This document shows positions 31,369-40,908 of a stretch of DNA of 64,000 bases, in pieces; position 1 is the stretch's first letter, and each line of letters opens with the position of its first letter. This DNA is from an uncultured delta proteobacterium (GTDB lineage: Bacteria > Desulfobacterota > WTBG01). A model generated the notes under the pieces. That model searched no databases. It was not told where the DNA came from and saw nothing but the letters and a program-made list of their open reading frames with translations. Location of the stretch: positions 160,001-224,000 of the forward strand of contig CAWCBP010000006.1 of NCBI GenBank assembly GCA_963793865.1, in the 5' to 3' direction. Made by a program: the position numbers and the translations under genes.

Positions 31369-31826
31369 TCAAAAGGCTGCTTTTTCATCCTGCCGTCGTC
31401 TGGTGCGTCCGGCTCATCGTGGCCGCGGTGCTGATCTATGCGGCGCTGCAGAAAATCTGGACACCGCTGGAGTTTGCACGGCTGGTGCGGGAGTACCATC
31501 TGGTTCCGGAGCAGCTGCTCAACCTGATGGCGGTTACCCTGCCCTGGCTGGAGCTGGTCTGCGGATGCTGCCTGGTGACCGGCCTCGGGCTGTTGGGAAC
31601 GTCGCTTTTGCTCAGCGTGCTGAACAGCGTTTTTGTGGTTGCCATTCTCTACCGTGCCTGGATGATCATGCAGGCGACCGGCGTGAATTTTTTCGACCTC
31701 TCCTTTGATTGCGGATGCGGCTTCGGGGTGGTCTACATACCCACCAAGATCCTGGAAAATTGTTTGCTGGTTGCCGCCGGCCTGCTCATACTTTTCTCGA
31801 AGCTGCGGCCGAGGGCTGCTGCGTAA
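31365..31826 (+). CDS. MauE/DoxX family membrane protein
   Basis: R.......A...K, LPWLE, DCGCGFG; overlaps the rhodanese stop (GTGA). Confidence 0.85.
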   Translation: MIKRLLFHPAVVWCVRLIVAAVLIYAALQKIWTPLEFARLVREYHLVPEQLLNLMAVTLPWLELVCGCCLVTGLGLLGTSLLLSVLNSVFVVAILYRAWMIMQATGVNFFDLSFDCGCGFGVVYIPTKILENCLLVAAGLLILFSKLRPRAAA

Positions 31827-32031
31827 ATGAGCATGCCGGCAGCACGACCTGTCCCCCCGACTCTCCTTCTTGTCCCCACTGATGCGAGGCCTCTGTTGAG
31901 AGTAACCGGGCCTTGACATCTGCACCGTATATGTTAAAAATTAGGCAGTTCGATAACGCGGATATCATCGACCCGCTTGTGCGGGCGGCCGCCCGGTCGC
32001 AGCGGCGCGCAGGCATGGGGAAGGGAAAACA

Positions 32032-33063
32032 ATGAGAGTAGCGCTGATAATCGCATGCATGATGACCTTTGTTGCGGCCTGTGCCGTGAATCCGGTCACC
32101 CTGGAGAAGGAATTCATGATCATCAGCGAGCAGAAGGAGATCTCCATCGGCGAACGCTCGGACCCGGTGATCGTGCAGGAGTACGGTCTTTACGACGATC
32201 CGGGCCTGCAGAATTACGTCGATGAGGTCGGCCAGAAACTGGTCCAGGTATGCTCAAGAAAAAACATCGACTACCATTTCAAGCTGCTGGATACCGATGA
32301 GGCCAATGCCTTTGCCCTGCCCGGAGGTTACATATACCTCACCCGCGGGATAATGGCCCTGATGAACAGCGAGGCGGAAATGGCCGGGGTGCTGTCGCAT
32401 GAAATCGGTCACGTGGTGGGGCGCGACAGCGCCAACCAGATCTCCCAGCAGACCTGGTTCCAGATCGTGGCCATCGCCGGCATGGCCGCAAGCCCCAGCA
32501 CGCGCGAGCTGGCAATGGCCGGTAACATGCTCTTTAACGCGGTCATGCTCGGATACGGCAGGGAAAAGGAGTTCCTGGCCGATTCGCAGGGTGTGGAGTA
32601 CATGTTCAGGGCCGGATATGATCCCCTGCAGATGGCCCGGTTCCTAAGCACTCTTGGAAAGATCTATCAGGGGCCGGCGGGCTATGCCCAGTATCTGACC
32701 ACGCATCCCTTTGTGACTGACCGGATCAACCGGGCGGAGGCGCAGGCCAAGGTGCTGACCGCCATGGACGATGCCTTTGCGAGAAGAGCAATCGGCAGCG
32801 CCGGCGGCGCTGCTCCCCAGTCCAAAGCCGGGCGGGTGATCCGCTCCGATGAATTTATCTCCCGCCTCGACGGCCTGGCCTACGGTTCCCGCGACAGCAT
32901 CCGCAGGATTAAAATATACACCGTCAATGAAGGCGATACGCTGGAATCCCTCGCCAACGATCTCGTCCGCGGCGGCCAGACGGTAAAAGAGATCGCCTTC
33001 ATGAACGGCCTGGACCCCGCTGCCCGGCTGTCAGCCGGCCAGAAGTTAAAGCTGGTATTTTAG
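32032..33063 (+). CDS. M48 family zinc metalloprotease lipoprotein with C-terminal LysM-like domain
   Basis: Lipobox AAC, NAFALPGG, HEIGH, E..AD, THP...R, YTVNEGDTL. Confidence 0.9.
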   Translation: MRVALIIACMMTFVAACAVNPVTLEKEFMIISEQKEISIGERSDPVIVQEYGLYDDPGLQNYVDEVGQKLVQVCSRKNIDYHFKLLDTDEANAFALPGGYIYLTRGIMALMNSEAEMAGVLSHEIGHVVGRDSANQISQQTWFQIVAIAGMAASPSTRELAMAGNMLFNAVMLGYGREKEFLADSQGVEYMFRAGYDPLQMARFLSTLGKIYQGPAGYAQYLTTHPFVTDRINRAEAQAKVLTAMDDAFARRAIGSAGGAAPQSKAGRVIRSDEFISRLDGLAYGSRDSIRRIKIYTVNEGDTLESLANDLVRGGQTVKEIAFMNGLDPAARLSAGQKLKLVF

Positions 33064-33103
33064 GCCGGTTTTTGTGTATCGGCTGCTGTAGAGACAAGAG
33101 CGC

Positions 33104-33132
33104 TTGACAATTTCCCGCTTATTCGATAAAGT
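33104..33132 (+). promoter_or_regulatory. Sigma70-type promoter about 185 nt upstream of the CoA-transferase gene
   Basis: TTGACA-N17-TAAAGT. Confidence 0.55.
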
Positions 33133-33316
33133 CCTCCCCCAAGAAAGTCAAACGTGCCCGTGCCTGCAAATCGTCCTGTCGAGCTTTCCTGAAGGAAATT
33201 GCGATTCGTGTGCGAAGGCAATAACGGCGGGCGGTCCATCCGCCCTTGGCTGCTGAAATGAAGAGGGGTAATTTTTACTCCGTCGGCGCGACGGATAACT
33301 TCATGGAGGATTGATC

Positions 33317-34591
33317 ATGGATTCATTAAAGCCGGGGCCTTTAAGCGGAGTTACCGTTCTGGATTTCACCTGGGTGCTGGCCGGGCCTTTCGCCACGCGC
33401 ACGCTGGCTGACATGGGGGCATACATTATCAAGGTGGAAAAATACAAGGAAGGGACCAACGAGCGGCATCTCCCGCTGATTCTGACCCACGAGGGGGTTA
33501 CCCAGAGCTCCTACAACATCAACTGCAACCGCGGTAAAAAAAGCATCTGCATCAATTTAAAGCATCCCAAGGGCATGGAGCTGATTCACGACCTGATCCG
33601 GAAGAGCGATGTGCTGATTGAAAACTTCGCCCCCGGGGTGATGGACCGTTTGAAACTTGATTATGAGTCGGTGCGGAAAATCAAGAAGGATATCATCTAT
33701 TGCTCCGTTTCCTGCTTCGGTCACTGGGGTCCCTATTGCCACAAGCCGGGGTATGACATGATCGCCCAGGGGGCGAGCGGCTGGACGGACCAGAACATAA
33801 GTCCGCAGATCGCGCCCGTCTCCATCGGGGACATGAACGCGGCGGTGCACGCGGCCATAGCCATTTGCGGGGCGCTCTACAGCCGCCTGCAGACCGGGCA
33901 GGGGCAGAACATTGATATTTCAATGATGGATTGCCTGTTTTCCTTCCATGAAAACACCCTTCCCTGGTATCTGCTCAGCAGCGCCATCGGGAAACCGGTT
34001 GAGCCGCCCAAGATCGGCCGCCACCATCCCGGCTACGCGCCCTACGGCATTTATAAAGGCAAGGACGGCTATATCACCATTGCCTCGCTCACCCAGCCGC
34101 GCTGGGAAGGCATCGTGAAAACCATGGGCAAAGACTATGAATGGCTGCTGAGCGATCCCCGGGCGGCAACCGTGTCCACCCGCTGCACCGAGGAAAATGC
34201 CCCCTTTATTCACAAGGTGGTCGAGGAGTGGGTGATGGCGCAGGATTCTGTCTCGGATGCGGAGCGTCAGTTGGAGGAGAATGGCTGCCCCTGCTTCCGG
34301 GTGCGCTCCATTAAAGAGCTGGCGGATGATGATCCCCATATCAAGGAGAGGGAGATGATGGTGGAGGTGGAGCAGCCGTTTGTAGGGAAGGTTAAGATGT
34401 ACGGCAGCCCGCTTAAAATGTCAGAAACCCCGGTGGGGATCAGGGGCCACGCGCCGCTTCTCGGTGAGCATACCGAAGAAGTGCTGGCCAAAATCCTCGG
34501 CTACCGGCAGGAAAAGATAAAGGAACTGTATGCCAATGAAGTGCTTTACCATGAGCCTGCAGTTGACAAACTGAACGAGAAGCAACGGTAG
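33317..34591 (+). CDS. Family III CoA-transferase (CaiB/BaiF)
   Basis: PLSGVTVLDF, AGP, LADMGA, NRGKKS, ENFAPG, GYD..AQ, IGD, APLLGEHT. Confidence 0.93.
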   Translation: MDSLKPGPLSGVTVLDFTWVLAGPFATRTLADMGAYIIKVEKYKEGTNERHLPLILTHEGVTQSSYNINCNRGKKSICINLKHPKGMELIHDLIRKSDVLIENFAPGVMDRLKLDYESVRKIKKDIIYCSVSCFGHWGPYCHKPGYDMIAQGASGWTDQNISPQIAPVSIGDMNAAVHAAIAICGALYSRLQTGQGQNIDISMMDCLFSFHENTLPWYLLSSAIGKPVEPPKIGRHHPGYAPYGIYKGKDGYITIASLTQPRWEGIVKTMGKDYEWLLSDPRAATVSTRCTEENAPFIHKVVEEWVMAQDSVSDAERQLEENGCPCFRVRSIKELADDDPHIKEREMMVEVEQPFVGKVKMYGSPLKMSETPVGIRGHAPLLGEHTEEVLAKILGYRQEKIKELYANEVLYHEPAVDKLNEKQR

Positions 34592-34682
34592 GGGAAAAGC
34601 GCGCCCGGCGCAGGCATCGCGGAACATCTGAATGCTGATTGCGCAAACGAATTGCTCTCAAGGCCGGCACATCGAGAAAAAC

Positions 34683-34733
34683 AAGGCCTGTCCACCCTGC
34701 CCGGCGATCCGCCGGAGGAAGGACAGGCCTTTT
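34683..34733. terminator. Inverted repeat, likely terminator between convergent genes
   Basis: AAGGCCTGTCC...GGACAGGCCTT-TT with inner CCGGCG/CGCCGG. Confidence 0.6.
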
Positions 34734-34745
34734 GCTGTCTGGTGA

Positions 34746-35186
34746 TTATGTTTCCGCCCCGGGAAACCAGTCCTTGACCTTGTAGCTGTCAAGAAAGCGC
34801 CCGCCGATGATTAGAGCGAAATTCCGGTAAAATATAAGTCCGTTCAAGCAATCCTTCTTCAGCACCTCATTCAGTTTCTTCTTTTCAATCTTGACGATCC
34901 TGCTGGGAATGACGCATTCCGCAGAGGCGGAGTAGGAGGGGCGGTCGAGCAGGGATGACCAGGCGAAAAACTCTCCCGGCGTGTAAATAAACGAGACCTC
35001 ATGCCCCTTCGTATCTGCGCAAACACAAATCCTTCCCTCTTCCAGAATATAGAAATGGTCCGCGGGATCTCCGGTCTTGAAGAGGAACACCCCCTTGCCA
35101 TGGGATTCCCTGACTGCAATGGATTCGATTTGGTCCATGAAATCCTTCCCCACGCCTTTGAATAATCCGTTCTCCCTGATTAACAT
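34746..35186 (-). CDS. Stand-alone cyclic-nucleotide-binding (Crp-like sensor) domain protein without HTH
   Basis: LF..GD.ADHFYILEEG, GEFFAWSSL, YSASA; 146 aa. Confidence 0.85.
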   Translation of the reverse strand: MLIRENGLFKGVGKDFMDQIESIAVRESHGKGVFLFKTGDPADHFYILEEGRICVCADTKGHEVSFIYTPGEFFAWSSLLDRPSYSASAECVIPSRIVKIEKKKLNEVLKKDCLNGLIFYRNFALIIGGRFLDSYKVKDWFPGAET

Positions 35187-35426
35187 CCCGTATCCTCCTT
35201 TTCCCTAGAAGTGCACTGCGACATAAGGATTGGATTAATTCTAAGAGAAATGGGCACCGGTGTCAATCATAACCAGCTATTTTTTTAAAAACTTGTGATT
35301 GTGACCATTTCGGATACTGCTTCCATTGGTTATCCGTCTGCGGCGCGTGTTCCCGCGGCAGCCATTGAACTGCCGGCCGGACAGAGATTTCCGGCAGCCG
35401 GTTCCGTTGAAGCCGTCAGCGAATCC

Positions 35427-35455
35427 TTGACAAGTTTTTATTTATTGGTTAGAGT
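35427..35455 (+). promoter_or_regulatory. Sigma70-type promoter for the CoA ligase gene
   Basis: TTGACA-N17-TAGAGT. Confidence 0.5.
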
Positions 35456-35536
35456 CAGAAAAATTGCTGCTGCCTGGATATTCTGGATTCACGAGAGTGC
35501 GTTTCAACTCTAACACCAAGGGGGGAGTGAACCATC

Positions 35537-37123
35537 ATGGATATCATAGGAAATAGAAACATTCGGTGGCTGGTTGAAAAGAAGGCAACGGATTTTGCTG
35601 ATAAGGACTTTATTGTATTTGAAGACCGGGCAGGGAACGTCCAACGCCATACCTACCGGGAGTTTAATGAGCTGGTAGACAAATACGCAACGGTCCTGCA
35701 CAAGCTCGGAATCAAAAAGAATGACAAGGTCAATGTGCATTTGCTCAACTCCCCTGAGTATCTCTTCTCCTGGTTTGCGCTTGCCAAACTGGGCGCGGTA
35801 ATGATCCCCACCAACGTCCTCTGCGCCCCCTTCGAGATGGAGTATTTTGTCGATTTCGCGGAGTGCGTTGCCGTCATTACCGAGCCAAGTTACATGGATA
35901 TGTACCGCGGCATTCTGGACAAGTGCCCGCGGGTAAAGCATACCATCCTGACCCGCACCTCCCCGCTCTATCCCAATCAGAAGCTGTATCCTGGGGCGAT
36001 CATTATGCAGGATGTCCTCAAGGACACGGTTCCCTCGGTGCCCCGGGTCGCAGTTGATTCCGAAGATGATCTGATGATGCTCTTTACCTCGGGAACCACC
36101 TCCCGGCCGAAGGCGGTGCAGCTGACCCATGCCAATGCCCTTTTCGCCGGCATCTTCGGCGCCCAGGGATACAAGGTGGTGCCGGAGGACCGTCATTTCA
36201 TGGTGCTGCCCCTTTTCCATGTCAACGCGCAGTTCATTTCGGTCATGCCCACCCTTACCGCGGGGGCAACCCTGGTGATGGCGGAGCAGTTCAGCGCCTC
36301 CAAATACATGGAGCAGGCGCGGCGGTACGGCACAACCACTACCAGCCTGGTGGCGGCTACCGCCAAGATGATTCTTGCCCAGCCCCGGCACGAGCTGGAC
36401 GGGCACAACAGTTTTCGCCTGGTCATGTATGCCATTGCCATCACCGAGGAGCAGTGGACGGAGTTTGAAACGCGATTTAAGGTGAAGCTGAGCGACCTGT
36501 GGGGCCTTACCGAAACGCTGGCGGAGACCACCATGAACCCGCCTGAGCTGGAGATGAAGCGGAACTGCATCGGCCTGTGCCGCCTGGGAAATGAGATGAA
36601 AATAGTTGACGACGAGGGAAAAGAGGTGTCACCCGGAACGGTGGGGGAGATTGTGGTGCACGGGGTGCCGGGCCGCACCATCATGAAGGGATATTATAAG
36701 AATCCGGAGGCGACCGCCCAGACCATCCGGGGCGGCTGGCTCTATACCGGCGACAACGGATACATGGACGAAGACGGCTATTTCCATTTTGTTGACCGGA
36801 AAAAGGACATGATCAAGCGCGGCGGAGAGAACGTGGCGGCGGTGGAGGTTGAATATGTCTTAAGCCTCCATCCCAAGGTGCAGGAGGCGGCGGTGGTGGG
36901 AGTTCCGGATCCCGTAAGAGACGAGGCCATCATGGCGCTTATCGTTTTGCAGGAGGGTGAAACCTGCACCGAAGAGGAGATCATCAACTTCTGTAAGGAA
37001 CGGCTGGCGAAGTTTAAAGTGCCCGGTTTTGTGGAGTTTAAAAAGAGCTTTCCCAAGACCTCCATCGGGAAGATTCAGAAAAATCTCCTGCGCCAGGAGG
37101 CGCTGGAGAAGTTCAAAAAGTAG
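35537..37123 (+). CDS. Acyl-CoA ligase, crotonobetaine/carnitine-CoA ligase (CaiC)-like
   Basis: MDIIG start, FTSGTTSRPK, GVPGRTI, WLYTGD, IKRGGENV, GKIQK. Confidence 0.88.
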   Translation: MDIIGNRNIRWLVEKKATDFADKDFIVFEDRAGNVQRHTYREFNELVDKYATVLHKLGIKKNDKVNVHLLNSPEYLFSWFALAKLGAVMIPTNVLCAPFEMEYFVDFAECVAVITEPSYMDMYRGILDKCPRVKHTILTRTSPLYPNQKLYPGAIIMQDVLKDTVPSVPRVAVDSEDDLMMLFTSGTTSRPKAVQLTHANALFAGIFGAQGYKVVPEDRHFMVLPLFHVNAQFISVMPTLTAGATLVMAEQFSASKYMEQARRYGTTTTSLVAATAKMILAQPRHELDGHNSFRLVMYAIAITEEQWTEFETRFKVKLSDLWGLTETLAETTMNPPELEMKRNCIGLCRLGNEMKIVDDEGKEVSPGTVGEIVVHGVPGRTIMKGYYKNPEATAQTIRGGWLYTGDNGYMDEDGYFHFVDRKKDMIKRGGENVAAVEVEYVLSLHPKVQEAAVVGVPDPVRDEAIMALIVLQEGETCTEEEIINFCKERLAKFKVPGFVEFKKSFPKTSIGKIQKNLLRQEALEKFKK

Positions 37124-37134
37124 GCGGCACGCAC

Positions 37135-37169
37135 GATGCCCCGCAACTGAATTGCGGGGCATCTTATTT
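37135..37169. terminator. Intrinsic terminator between the convergent CoA ligase and fdh genes
   Basis: GATGCCCCGCAA-ctgaa-TTGCGGGGCATC, 12-bp stem followed by TTATTT. Confidence 0.75.
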
Positions 37170-37196
37170 GTGAAATCAATCTCATCCGGCGGGCTT

Positions 37197-39248
37197 TCAG
37201 CCCGCTTTTTCGATGCGGATGGCGCACACCTTCAGCTCCGGGATCTTGGCTACGGGATCCAGGCTGCTCCCGCTGGTGAGCACGTTCGCGGCCGCTTCGG
37301 CAAAGTGAAAGGGGATGAACACCGTGCCGGGGGGGATGATATGGGTGATGCGTGCCTTGATGGCGATTTCACCCCTGCGGGAAATGACGCGGACAGATTC
37401 CCCCTGGCTGATCTCTAACGCGGCAGCATCAGCAGGATTCATTTCAGCATAGCCTTCAGAGAGCTGCGTGTTGAGGGTGGGTGACTTTCGGGTCATGGTT
37501 CCGGTGTGATAGTGGAAAAGCACCCGGCCGGTGGTGAGCGTCAGGGGATACTCCCGGTCGGGAAGTTCAGCGGGCGGAGTGTATTCCACCGGGAAGAACT
37601 TTCCCCGCCCCCGGGAGAACTGGTCCTTGTGCAGGTAGGGCGTGCCCGGGTGACCCGGGGTGGGGCAGGGCCAGGGAATGCCCCCCTGCTCCAGACGCCC
37701 GTAGCTGATGCCGCCATACGAAGGAGTCACCGAGGCAATCTCGTTCATTATCTCTTCCGAAGATCCGTAGGTCAGTCCCTCATATCCCATCAGCCGGCCG
37801 ATTTCTCCGATGATCTGTGCGTCATCGCGACACCCTTCCAGCGGCTCTATGGCCTTGCGCACCCGCTGTACCGTCCTGTCGGTGGAGGTGAAGGTGCCGT
37901 CCTTTTCCGCAAAGCTCGCCGCCGGCAGCACCACATCGGCGACCTGTGCGGTTTCGGTGAGAAACAGGTCCTGCACCACCAGAAACTCCAGCGCCCCGAG
38001 TGATTCTTTCACGTGGCCCAGGTCGGGATCCGATACCAGGGGATTCTCTCCCATGATGTACAGGGCTTTTATCTTCTTGTGATGGGCGGCCTCCATCATC
38101 TCGGTGAGGGTGAGGCCGGGCTGCTCCGAAAGGCCGGACACCTTCCAGGCGGATTCCATTTTGCCGCGCGTCTCGGGGGATGCCACCGGCTGGTAGCCGG
38201 AAAAGACGTTGGGAAGCGCGCCCATGTCGCAGGCGCCCTGAACGTTGTTTTGCCCCCGCAGGGGATTGACGCCGGTGCTCTCCTTTCCCACGTTTCCGGT
38301 GACCATGGCCAGATTGGCGGTGGCCATGACCCCATTGGTGCCGCTGACGTGCTGGGTGACGCCCATGCAATAGATGATGGATGCCCGCCCGGCCCCCGCG
38401 TACAGAAGGGCGGCCTTTCTTATATCCCCCGCGGGAACGCCGGTGATGGCCTCCACCTTTTCCAGGGGGTATCGCGACACTGTTTCCTTCAGGGCATCAA
38501 AGCCTTCGGTGCGCTGCAGGATGAATTCTTCATCGTGCAGGTTTTCGGCCAGGATGACCCCGATCATCCCGTTGAGCAGGGCGATGTTGGTTCCCGGCTT
38601 GAGCTGAAGGTGTATGCTGGCGAACCCGGTGATGTCGATGGCGCGGGGGTCGGCAACAATGAGCTGCGCCCCTTTTTCCCGCACCGCCCGGAGGATGCGC
38701 CTGCCCACCAGGGGGTGCTGTTCGGTGGTGTTGGAGCCGATGATGAAGATCACCCCGGCGTTTTCAATCTCGTCCAGGGAGTTGGTCATGGCCCCGGAAC
38801 CGAACGCGGCGGCCAGACCGGCCACCGTTGAGCTGTGTCAGAGACGGGCGCAATGGTCGACGTTGTTTGTTTTAATCACCGCCCGGGCGAACTTCTGGAG
38901 CAGATAATTTTCCTCGTTGGTGCATTTGGCGGAGGAGAAGAAGCCGATGGCGCTGCTTCCCGAGCTGTTCTTGATTTCCGACAGGCGGCCTGCCACCCGC
39001 TCCAGCGCCTTTTCCCAGGTGGTTTCCTTCAAGGCCTCCCCTTTGCCGTCGCGCATGAGAGGCACGGTGAGCCGCTGGGGATGGTGGATGAATTCATGGG
39101 CGCTCCAGCCCTTGATGCACAGCTTGCCCTGGCCCGCCCCCCGGGCGCTGGGAATCACACCTATTACTTTCCCGTTGCGTACCCTGAAGAAGAAGTTGCA
39201 GCCGGTCCCGCAGTAAACACAGGTGGTGAGTATTTTTTTATCAGCCAT
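37197..39248 (-). CDS. fdhF: Selenocysteine-containing cytoplasmic formate dehydrogenase alpha subunit (FdhF-like, about 683 aa, Sec near residue 137)
   Basis: CVYCGTGC...CIKG Fe-S motif; DHCARL-TGA-HSSTVAGL joins two ORFs in frame; PLRGQNNVQG; TTGR..HYHTGTMT; no Tat signal. Confidence 0.93.
38807..38840 (-). promoter_or_regulatory. UGA(Sec) codon and bacterial SECIS hairpin
   Basis: mRNA UGA-CACAGCUCAA-CGGUGGCC-GGUCU-GGCCGCCG; 8-bp stem with GGUCU loop resembling the fdhF SECIS. Confidence 0.85.
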
Positions 39249-40138
39249 TATGATTCCTTGCACTTTGCTTCAAGCGAAGCGCTCTTAATTTTATGGGTGT
39301 CGTAGTGCACCTCTTTGAGGCTCATGCCCATGGCCATTCCCAGAAGTTGCAGGTAAAAGAGGACCGGTATGGAAAAATCCAGCTTGAGCCTGCGCGCCGC
39401 CATAAGCTGTCCCAGGTCAAACTGCTGATAGCAGAAGGGGCAGACCACCGCGATGCAGTCCGCCTTCTGCTCTTTCATTGCGGTGAGCTTGTCCTCGAGC
39501 AGCTTGCTTGAGCCCTGCTGCTTCCCCGAGAGGATGAGCGATGAACCGCAGCATTGGGCTTTAAGGTCGTAGTCAACCGCCTCTGCACCCAGGGCGGCAA
39601 CCATCTCGTCGAGGACGAACGGGTCAGCGGGATTGTCAAAATGCATGACTTCGTGGGGGCTGAAAAGATGGCAGCCGGTATGGGTAGCAACCTTTAATCC
39701 GGACAAATCTTTTTTAACCAGTTTTTTCAATGCATTCAAGCCAATATCGTCATAAAATACTTTAAGAAAATGCCGTACCTCGATTCTGCCCTCAAAATGA
39801 TGGCCGGTATCGGCCAGAAGCTCATTCACCTTTTCCCTCAGTTCCGGTGTGTGCACCAGGGCATGGCGGGCCTGGGCCAGGGTATTCACGCACCCGTTGC
39901 ACAGGGTGATGATGTCCAGCCCCTTTTCCTCCGCCAGACAGAGATTGCGCGCGGCAATGGTCATCCAGGTCAATTGATCGGCGCCGCTGAAGTTTATGGG
40001 GTCAGGGCAACAGGAGAATCCGGGAATGTCCACCAGTTCGATCCCCAGTTCGGGGAAGATTTTTTGTGCCAGGGCCTCCAGGTGGGGGAGTTTGGCCGGG
40101 ATGAGGCACCCTTTAAAAAATGCATAGCGCATGGTCAT
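39248..40138 (-). CDS. hdrB: Heterodisulfide reductase subunit B-like protein (two CCG domains)
   Basis: GC.IP, SCCP, ARNL, CNGC; HTGCH, CCG, CPFCYQQFD, IPVLFYLQLLG; stop overlaps the fdh start (TAATG). Confidence 0.9.
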   Translation of the reverse strand: MTMRYAFFKGCLIPAKLPHLEALAQKIFPELGIELVDIPGFSCCPDPINFSGADQLTWMTIAARNLCLAEEKGLDIITLCNGCVNTLAQARHALVHTPELREKVNELLADTGHHFEGRIEVRHFLKVFYDDIGLNALKKLVKKDLSGLKVATHTGCHLFSPHEVMHFDNPADPFVLDEMVAALGAEAVDYDLKAQCCGSSLILSGKQQGSSKLLEDKLTAMKEQKADCIAVVCPFCYQQFDLGQLMAARRLKLDFSIPVLFYLQLLGMAMGMSLKEVHYDTHKIKSASLEAKCKES

Positions 40139-40139
40139 G

Positions 40140-40625
40140 TTATCCGGCCACCTTTCTCATTTTCTCTTCCAGTCCGGTTCTATTAACGATGAGCTTTAGC
40201 TCTTCCTGGGCGGTGCTGGCGATCGGGGGAAGCCCCAGTCCTTCCCGCAGCCTCTGGGTTACCGAGGTGACGGGAAAGGAGAGGCCGGTGGTGATGATGG
40301 TTTTAATCAGGGCGACAACCCCTTGCGGGGCGAGCCCCTGTTCGAAGGAGAGCTCTTTTAAGTTGAGGAAGACATGCGCCGGGTTCACGTCCTGTGGGCA
40401 TATCTCAGTGCACTTGTGGCAGCTGGCGCATGACCAGAGATTGGGATTGGCCAGAACATTGTCGCAGGTGAAAAGGTCATACACGTAGCTTTGGGTGGGG
40501 CTGTACTCTTCCAGGTACTGGATGGGGCATACCAGGGCACAGACGCTGCATTTGAAGCAGCGCTCGACCAGGGGCCGGCGTTCCATCAACCCGTTTCTCG
40601 CTTCACATTCAATGCTGATGAGCAT
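40140..40625 (-). CDS. hdrC: Heterodisulfide reductase subunit C-like 2x[4Fe-4S] protein
   Basis: CFKCSVCALVCP and WSCASCHKCTEICPQDV; C-terminal RE.LGLPP; immediately upstream of hdrB. Confidence 0.87.
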   Translation of the reverse strand: MLISIECEARNGLMERRPLVERCFKCSVCALVCPIQYLEEYSPTQSYVYDLFTCDNVLANPNLWSCASCHKCTEICPQDVNPAHVFLNLKELSFEQGLAPQGVVALIKTIITTGLSFPVTSVTQRLREGLGLPPIASTAQEELKLIVNRTGLEEKMRKVAG

Positions 40626-40705
40626 GTGATCCCTTGTTCCGGCTTGAGCAGGTCAAGCGTGAGAGAGAGTGTGTGTTTTGATACCGCCGCGTAACGATTC
40701 GCGCC

Positions 40706-40734
40706 AGTTTAGAAAGCTTCGGACCGCATGTCAA
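40706..40734 (-). promoter_or_regulatory. Sigma70-type promoter of the hdrC-hdrB-fdh operon
   Basis: Minus strand TTGACA-N17-TAAACT. Confidence 0.6.
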
Positions 40735-40801
40735 CTAAAAAAATAGAATGACGATGTGCAGGTATTAATGTATCGCGCCCGGGTGCCGGGGACAGGATAT
40801 C

Positions 40802-40830
40802 TTGACAAGTCGGGTTTCATCCGATAAAGT
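40802..40830 (+). promoter_or_regulatory. Divergent sigma70-type promoter for ruvX-mltG
   Basis: TTGACA-N17-TAAAGT. Confidence 0.5.
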
Positions 40831-40908
40831 CAGTCGTCTGAAGCGGTATGGCGCAATGGTATGGGGTGGTTCCCGGTAACGGATTAAGGCCGCGCGGAGA
40901 AGACCAGG

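Noticed and set aside
38838..38840. Premature stop suggesting an fdh pseudogene
   Set aside because: The in-frame TGA is at the metal-ligand position and is followed by a SECIS hairpin, so it is read as selenocysteine.
40840..40905. Possible tRNA or small RNA between hdrC and ruvX
   Set aside because: No cloverleaf or T-loop GTTCRA pattern; the region is explained by divergent promoters.
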